Below, one piece after another: positions 26,955 to 32,000 of a stretch of DNA of 32,000 nucleotides. Source of the DNA: Caedibacter taeniospiralis (GTDB lineage Bacteria; Pseudomonadota; Gammaproteobacteria; Francisellales; Francisellaceae); NCBI RefSeq assembly GCF_002803295.2, contig NZ_PGGB02000002.1:133222-165221 (forward strand). Reading direction: 5' to 3'. Both the position numbers and the translations under genes were made by a program. The notes beneath the pieces were generated by a model, which saw only the letters and a program-made list of their open reading frames with translations, ran no database searches and had not been told where the DNA came from. Every line of letters starts with the position of its first letter. Within the stretch, counting starts at the first letter, position 1.

Positions 26955-28667
26955 ATGTTTTTTCACAACTTCCTGCGTTTACTGCTACCACTTTTTTGCG
27001 TTTTTTTCACGCAGTTTGGGGTTGCGAGCAACACGGCTTTTTTTAGCGCTGACAACCTGGTAAACATGGGGGTTTTCAACACACATCAACAGTCTTTCGA
27101 CAAGATACGTCTTATCGCAGTCAAAGGGAAAGCAGAAGTAACACTGTGCTGGGAAATTCCTAAAGGGCAATACCTCTATAAAGATAAAATAAGCCTTCAA
27201 CTTAGGAATGCTGACCATGCAAAAATCGGTAATATTTTCTTTCCTGAAGCAATCACACACCCTATGTTTGCCAATGAAAAAGTCTATGCACATGAATTAT
27301 TTTTGCGCGTTCCTTTATCTGGAGAAATCTCAGCAGATAGTTTCTTAGAAGTTCGTTATCAGGGCTGTGACAAAAATTTATGTCACTTGCCTCAGGTCAA
27401 AGAAATTTTGTTAGATCAACAAGTCCTTCCCTTGCAAAAGCAAATCTTTAACTGGCTTTCTATCTTAGCCTTATTAGGTATTGGTTTGTTATTGGCGTTT
27501 ACTCCTTGCGTACTGCCTATGGTTCCTATTATTAGCGCCATTGTTATTGGTAAAAGCCATGGCAAGCTGCATAGTTTCTTTCTTGCTTTAGCGTATGTGC
27601 TTGGTATGTCAATAATGTATGCCATGCTTGGCATTATCATCAGCAGCATTGGTCTTTCTTTCCAGTTGTTTTTCCAGCAAGCGTGGGTAATTATTTTAAT
27701 CAGCCTGCTCTTTGTTGCTTTGGCACTGTCGATGTTTGGCTTATTCCAAATTAAGCTACCTTCTTTTATTAGTGCACGGATTGGACAATCGCAAAGTAGA
27801 TTCAAATCAGGTGGTATTATCGGTAGCTTTTTGATGGGAGCTATTGCGAGCTTGGTGCTATCACCCTGCACCTCGGCACCTTTAATTGGTGTATTGACAA
27901 CGATTGTCCAGACAGGGGATGTCATCTACGGTGGCGTGGCACTTTTCACGCTTGGCTTTGGCATGGGTATTCCTCTTTTGCTTATTGCTTTAGGTCTCAA
28001 GCGATTTGTGCCAAAATCTGGCAGCTGGATGCAAGAAATTAAGATTCTCTTTGGTTTTGCGATGCTGGCAATGGCTATTTTCTTACTCAGCCGTGTCGTC
28101 AATGACGTTCTTTTTGATGTTATGGCTTATCTATTATTGATTAACGTATATGTGATTTATCTTATGTATGCTTCGGTTATCAGTGAATATATGAAGCAGA
28201 AAACCAAGCATTTTGTTGGTGCAAGCGTTGTGCTTATAAGCTTGTTTGGCATGGTAAGCTATATTACCCATGTCACGCAATCACAGCTTACTGTGCGTCA
28301 GGATGGCGATGTGATCACTGTGTTTACAGTCAAAGAGCTTGATGCACAACTTAAGCAATCTCTTCAAACCCACGACTATGTTCTAGTGGATTATTTTGCG
28401 CATTGGTGTGAAAACTGCCTAAAACTTAAAGAAATCCTGCAAAACTCCAGAATGCAGCAGTATTTTAAAAATCATAATATTCAAATTATTAAGGTCGATG
28501 TATCGCAATACAGTAGCGACAGCACGGAACTCTTGAATCAGGCAAATATTTTGGGATTGCCCACACTGATACTGCTGAACAAAGATCAGCAGGAAATAAA
28601 ACGTGTCGCTGGCGTGCTTGATGAAAAGGTCGTAATTTCAGGATTTGATGCCGTACTGTATCGTTAG
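26955..28667 (+). CDS. dsbD: Thiol:disulfide interchange protein DsbD
   Basis: N-terminal periplasmic domain, TM core with paired cysteines (FTPCVLPMVP, LSPCTSAPLIG), and a C-terminal thioredoxin fold with WCENC. Confidence 0.93.
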   Translation: MFFHNFLRLLLPLFCVFFTQFGVASNTAFFSADNLVNMGVFNTHQQSFDKIRLIAVKGKAEVTLCWEIPKGQYLYKDKISLQLRNADHAKIGNIFFPEAITHPMFANEKVYAHELFLRVPLSGEISADSFLEVRYQGCDKNLCHLPQVKEILLDQQVLPLQKQIFNWLSILALLGIGLLLAFTPCVLPMVPIISAIVIGKSHGKLHSFFLALAYVLGMSIMYAMLGIIISSIGLSFQLFFQQAWVIILISLLFVALALSMFGLFQIKLPSFISARIGQSQSRFKSGGIIGSFLMGAIASLVLSPCTSAPLIGVLTTIVQTGDVIYGGVALFTLGFGMGIPLLLIALGLKRFVPKSGSWMQEIKILFGFAMLAMAIFLLSRVVNDVLFDVMAYLLLINVYVIYLMYASVISEYMKQKTKHFVGASVVLISLFGMVSYITHVTQSQLTVRQDGDVITVFTVKELDAQLKQSLQTHDYVLVDYFAHWCENCLKLKEILQNSRMQQYFKNHNIQIIKVDVSQYSSDSTELLNQANILGLPTLILLNKDQQEIKRVAGVLDEKVVISGFDAVLYR

Positions 28668-28747
28668 TCTCTTTTAGCTAAAGATAACAAAACTGTAACA
28701 TTTAAGCTTCATGCTATCTGTGACGGTAACAAATCCTACTTTAGCTT

Positions 28748-28914
28748 TATACCCATCGTAAATCATTTTCCAGACTTTCTGGCATTGAATTTCGGCTGAT
28801 TTTAAAGGATTGAATTTTGACAATAGAACTCACTATTACCTACAAGTCAATTCTTCAAAATCCCCGCGAACTTCTTCCCTCATAAAACCCGTAAAATGAT
28901 TTATGATGGGTATA
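28748..28914. repeat. 167-bp unit bounded by 22-bp inverted repeats (21/22 match) upstream of the alkaline phosphatase gene
   Basis: tatacccatcgtaaatcatttt (28748-28769) versus aaaatgatttatgatgggtata (28893-28914). Internal hairpin ccagactttctgg and a duplicated attgaattt. Confidence 0.55.
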
Positions 28915-28986
28915 TATGTTGCTTAAAGAGTGAAGTTATCGTGACATTACAGCGTACCGCAACATAAATTATAAGAGGAGAGATAG

Positions 28987-30441
28987 ATGAATATGAAAAA
29001 TGTTTGTATAGGTTTGCTAGTAGTAGCTATTTTACAAGAAAGTCATGCAGCTTATGACACAAGTGATTATAAAGTCCAGCAACTTAAAATCAAGCAAGCT
29101 GAGTCTCGACTTCCTGATAATCGCCGTGCCAGAAATGTGATTTTATTTATTGGTGATGGGATGTCTTTAGGAACAATAACAGCCACGCGAATTTATGCAG
29201 GACAGCAACAGGGCGGCGATGGGGAGTCCTATTGCTTGAGTTTTGAAAGTTTTCCATATGTAGCCATTTCAAAAACTTACAATACGAATATGCAAACGCC
29301 AGATTCTGCGGGAACAGTAACGGCAATGGTCACGGGTTATAAAACTAAAAGCGGGGTTATCAACGTAAGCGATAAAGCTAAGAGGGGTGTTTGTGCTGGG
29401 GCTACTGCTGAACAGTTAGCGACTATTTTTGAGCAGGCTGCTAAACAAGGCTTATCAGTCGGGCTAGTCACAACAACACGTATTACACACGCAACTCGTG
29501 CTGGTGTATATGCCCATTCATTTGATCGTGATTGGGAAGCAGATACACTGATGCCGCAAAATGCAAAACAAAATGGCTGCCAGGATATTGCCAGACAATT
29601 CATAGACCAAGGTGATGTCGTTGAAGTGGCGCTGGGAGCTGGCTTATCCATGTTTACCCTTGAAAAAGATGGAGGTAAACGCAAAGATGAAAACCTGATT
29701 TCCTTATGGCAATCGCGTTATCCACAAGGAAAATATATAACAAATAAAAATGAGCTGGTTGGCGTAAAACCGTCAAAAGACTTGAGAGTGCTTGGATTAT
29801 TTGCCGAAAATCATATTCCCTATGTCTTGGATAGAAATGCCGACACGCCATCTTTAAGTCAGATGACAGAGAAAGCTATTGAAATTTTATCAACAAATCC
29901 AAAGGGTTATATACTCATGGTTGAAGGGGGGCGTATTGATCATGGGCATCATGCAGGTAATGCACAACGTGCACTTTCTGAAGCAAAAGAGTTTGACGAA
30001 ACCATCGCAAAAACTTTGAGTATGATTGATACGAGAGACACATTGGTGATTGTTACTGCAGATCATGGGCACGGTTTTGTCATGAATGGCTATGCAGCAC
30101 GCAATAATGCTATATTGGGTTTATCTAAAGGACTAGATGGGCAACCCAATAAGGACATGGAAGGTCGTGTGTACACAACAATTGCTTATGCAAATGGTCC
30201 TGGAGGGAATCAAATCGCAGGTGATTTCAGTGAGCAAAAGGTGCTAGCAAAGGATTATACACAAAATGCACTCATTCCATTGGAGGAAGAAACACATTCA
30301 GGAGAAGATGTAATCATATCTGCAACAGGTCCAAAAGCCTGGCTATTTCAAGGTTTTGTTGAGCAAAACTATATTTTCCACGTAATGAGCAAAGCACTGG
30401 GTATGGACGATGAAAAGTTATCATATTCTAACTTGGGTTAA
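28987..30441 (+). CDS. Secreted alkaline phosphatase, metazoan/TNAP-like branch of the PhoA superfamily
   Basis: GAGGAG RBS and a signal peptide (..ILQESHA-AY). Motifs FIGDGMSLGT, active-site DSAGT (29302-29316), TTTRITHATRAGVYAHSFDRDW, EGGRIDHGHH, VTADHGH. Confidence 0.92.
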   Translation: MNMKNVCIGLLVVAILQESHAAYDTSDYKVQQLKIKQAESRLPDNRRARNVILFIGDGMSLGTITATRIYAGQQQGGDGESYCLSFESFPYVAISKTYNTNMQTPDSAGTVTAMVTGYKTKSGVINVSDKAKRGVCAGATAEQLATIFEQAAKQGLSVGLVTTTRITHATRAGVYAHSFDRDWEADTLMPQNAKQNGCQDIARQFIDQGDVVEVALGAGLSMFTLEKDGGKRKDENLISLWQSRYPQGKYITNKNELVGVKPSKDLRVLGLFAENHIPYVLDRNADTPSLSQMTEKAIEILSTNPKGYILMVEGGRIDHGHHAGNAQRALSEAKEFDETIAKTLSMIDTRDTLVIVTADHGHGFVMNGYAARNNAILGLSKGLDGQPNKDMEGRVYTTIAYANGPGGNQIAGDFSEQKVLAKDYTQNALIPLEEETHSGEDVIISATGPKAWLFQGFVEQNYIFHVMSKALGMDDEKLSYSNLG

Positions 30442-30630
30442 CTTGGAGAATTCTACGCAGTCTGTAAATAATTGCTAACGGGAAATGGCAACCTCCTACA
30501 AATACCTCTCATAAGCAATCAAATTGTCCGATATTCGCGGCTGATATTCTTCAGCGGGTCTACATTGTTTACACTACAAAACTAGTAGCTAAACACACTT
30601 ATTACTTGGATTTAGAAAGGAGAAATTATA

Positions 30631-32000
30631 ATGCCTCATGATGTGAGAAAGCGTGTAGAAGAGTATCTTAGCGAGAACTCTATAAATTTTGATAACGATG
30701 GTGCTAGGGATGGTTTTGTTGAGTTGCTAACAGAACTTATCAGCCAGAATGAAGAGGATGAAAATACCATTAATGACTTGAGAAAACTTGTTAAAGACCA
30801 TGAGGAATCTGAGACAGAAGTGTATAACTACCGTGATAAGCTTGTAAAACATATTGATAAAATTGAGCGAGAACTGGTGGAGAAAGAAGAGCATATCGAT
30901 AGTCTTAAGAATCTTGTTAATGATGGCAAGATTGAACTTGAAGATGCCAAACATTTGGAAAAACGCCTGAAGAGATACGACCAAGCTTTTTATGAGCAAA
31001 AACTTTCTCATGATGAAGAGCGCGAAAGACATGAAAAAGAAGTGTCAGAATTAGATAGACAACTTGAAACTTTAAAACAAGAACTTAAGCAATATAAACA
31101 GGACCAAAAGTCGTATTTTGAGCAAATAGATAATAACGCCCATACTGAGAGGCAACTGAAAGAAAGGTTAAACGAAAATAACAAAAAAATTGATGATCTG
31201 ACACTCAAGTTGAAAAACAAAGGTGAAGATTTCAATAGGATATGCGAAGCAAATGATGAACTTCTTAAAGAACAAGAGGTATACCTGAACAATAATGAGA
31301 ATTACAAGAAAGAAATTGATTTGCTTTGGAAGCAAGTAACTTCACTTCAAAATGAGAAGAACGATCAATCGCAAACATTCAAGAAAGAAAAAGAAACTTA
31401 CATGCAAGAGCTGCTACGTTACAAAGAAATTAGTGATGTGTTTGAATTTCAGCTTAGCCTGAAAAACCAGAATCTTGAGGAAGCGCATAAGGAGATAGAA
31501 CGTTTAACTAATCAGCAGGTGACTAAACTTCCAAGCCTAGAAGATGAACTCAAAGGAGGAAGTTTCTTAGATGAATTTAATACGTTAGAAGAAGATTTAA
31601 AGACAGCGAAAAAAAATATTGAAAGACAAACTCTACTGATAGCTGATCTTCAAAAGGAGCTTCAGGAAAAGGAAATATCTTATAAGCAGTCATTGGAAGA
31701 AAAGGAATCTCAACATTTAAAGGATACAGACGAAATAGCACACCTAAGGAAAGACATTGAAAATAACAGTAATGCTATTGAAGAAAACGAGAAAAATAAG
31801 CTCAAGATGCAGAGTGATCTTGAAGAAAAAGAACAACAGATTAACAACTTGAAAAGTCAGGCTGAAAAGACAATAGAAGAACAAAAAAATTTCGAACAAA
31901 GGATAATTGATTTAGAAACAAAGCTCAAAGAGGCTACTAATACTTATGAGCAAAAGAAACTGGAGCTTGAAGAGTCTAGAAAACAGCTTGAATCCAAGAA
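30631..32000 (+). CDS. Large coiled-coil protein, N-terminal >=456 aa (3' end beyond window); not in supplied ORF track
   Basis: AGGAGA RBS 7 nt before ATG 30631. I translated frame 1 codon by codon to base 32000 without a stop. The product is E/K/Q/L-rich with heptad-like repeats (MPHDVRKRVEEYLSENS...KKLELEESRKQLESK). The track ORFs 30727-31032 and 31008-31292 are antisense to it. Confidence 0.8.
   Translation, partial: MPHDVRKRVEEYLSENSINFDNDGARDGFVELLTELISQNEEDENTINDLRKLVKDHEESETEVYNYRDKLVKHIDKIERELVEKEEHIDSLKNLVNDGKIELEDAKHLEKRLKRYDQAFYEQKLSHDEERERHEKEVSELDRQLETLKQELKQYKQDQKSYFEQIDNNAHTERQLKERLNENNKKIDDLTLKLKNKGEDFNRICEANDELLKEQEVYLNNNENYKKEIDLLWKQVTSLQNEKNDQSQTFKKEKETYMQELLRYKEISDVFEFQLSLKNQNLEEAHKEIERLTNQQVTKLPSLEDELKGGSFLDEFNTLEEDLKTAKKNIERQTLLIADLQKELQEKEISYKQSLEEKESQHLKDTDEIAHLRKDIENNSNAIEENEKNKLKMQSDLEEKEQQINNLKSQAEKTIEEQKNFEQRIIDLETKLKEATNTYEQKKLELEESRKQLESK

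Noticed and set aside
27416-27925. 169-aa minus-strand ORF inside dsbD, and similar antisense ORFs in ftsZ, parC, rlmL, phoA-like and yidC
   Set aside because: They are antisense shadows of confidently identified genes.
28693-28724. Pho-box-like CTGTAAC / CTGTGAC half-sites downstream of dsbD, upstream of the phosphatase
   Set aside because: The half-sites are 25 bp apart instead of the 11-bp phasing of Pho boxes, and they lie ~265 bp from the phosphatase start. This is not convincing.
30727-31292. Minus-strand ORFs 30727-31032 and 31008-31292
   Set aside because: They are antisense to the long uninterrupted coiled-coil ORF. Their Phe/Leu/Ser-rich translations are the mirror of an E/K-rich gene.

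Overview
This is chromosomal DNA from an AT-rich gammaproteobacterium. A Legionellales-like intracellular lineage is my guess from gene order and protein similarity only, with no search run. Most of the window is conserved housekeeping synteny. On the + strand it starts with the end of the dcw cluster (ddl', ftsQ, ftsA, ftsZ). On the - strand come the metY(tRNA-fMet)-rimP-nusA-infB-rbfA operon, rpmB-rpmG, and a ybdL-yafV pair in which yafV is frameshifted. These are followed by rlmKL (+), a CDF transporter (-), a DUF1778/GNAT (TacA/TacT-like) toxin-antitoxin pair (-), rpmH-rnpA-yidD-yidC (+), parC (-) and dsbD (+). The window ends with a eukaryote-type alkaline phosphatase (+) and a long, low-GC coiled-coil ORF (+) that runs off the window and is missing from the ORF track. 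The most unusual part is a ~5.2 kb islet (3.9-9.2 kb) between ftsZ and the 3' end of rbfA, where lpxC and truB usually sit. It encodes a three-gene envelope module: a signal-peptide HlyD-type adaptor, a cytoplasmic GAF-like domain + TM + HlyD adaptor, and an M50 (site-2-protease-type) intramembrane metalloprotease. The protease has a PqqD/RRE-like N-terminal domain and a C-terminal HlyD adaptor domain. No ABC/RND/MFS transporter or outer-membrane factor lies beside the module. I read it as a candidate peptide processing/export machine that is, as far as I know, uncharacterised. The module also carries GC-rich repeat elements. A 114-bp nested palindrome sits in frame in the 3' end of the first gene. 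A ~414-bp GC-rich insertion with a 2 x 122-bp tandem repeat splits the M50::HlyD gene. Part of the palindromic element recurs in the yidC/parC spacer. All functional calls come from by-eye motif and similarity recognition, and all coordinates of small features were hand-counted.
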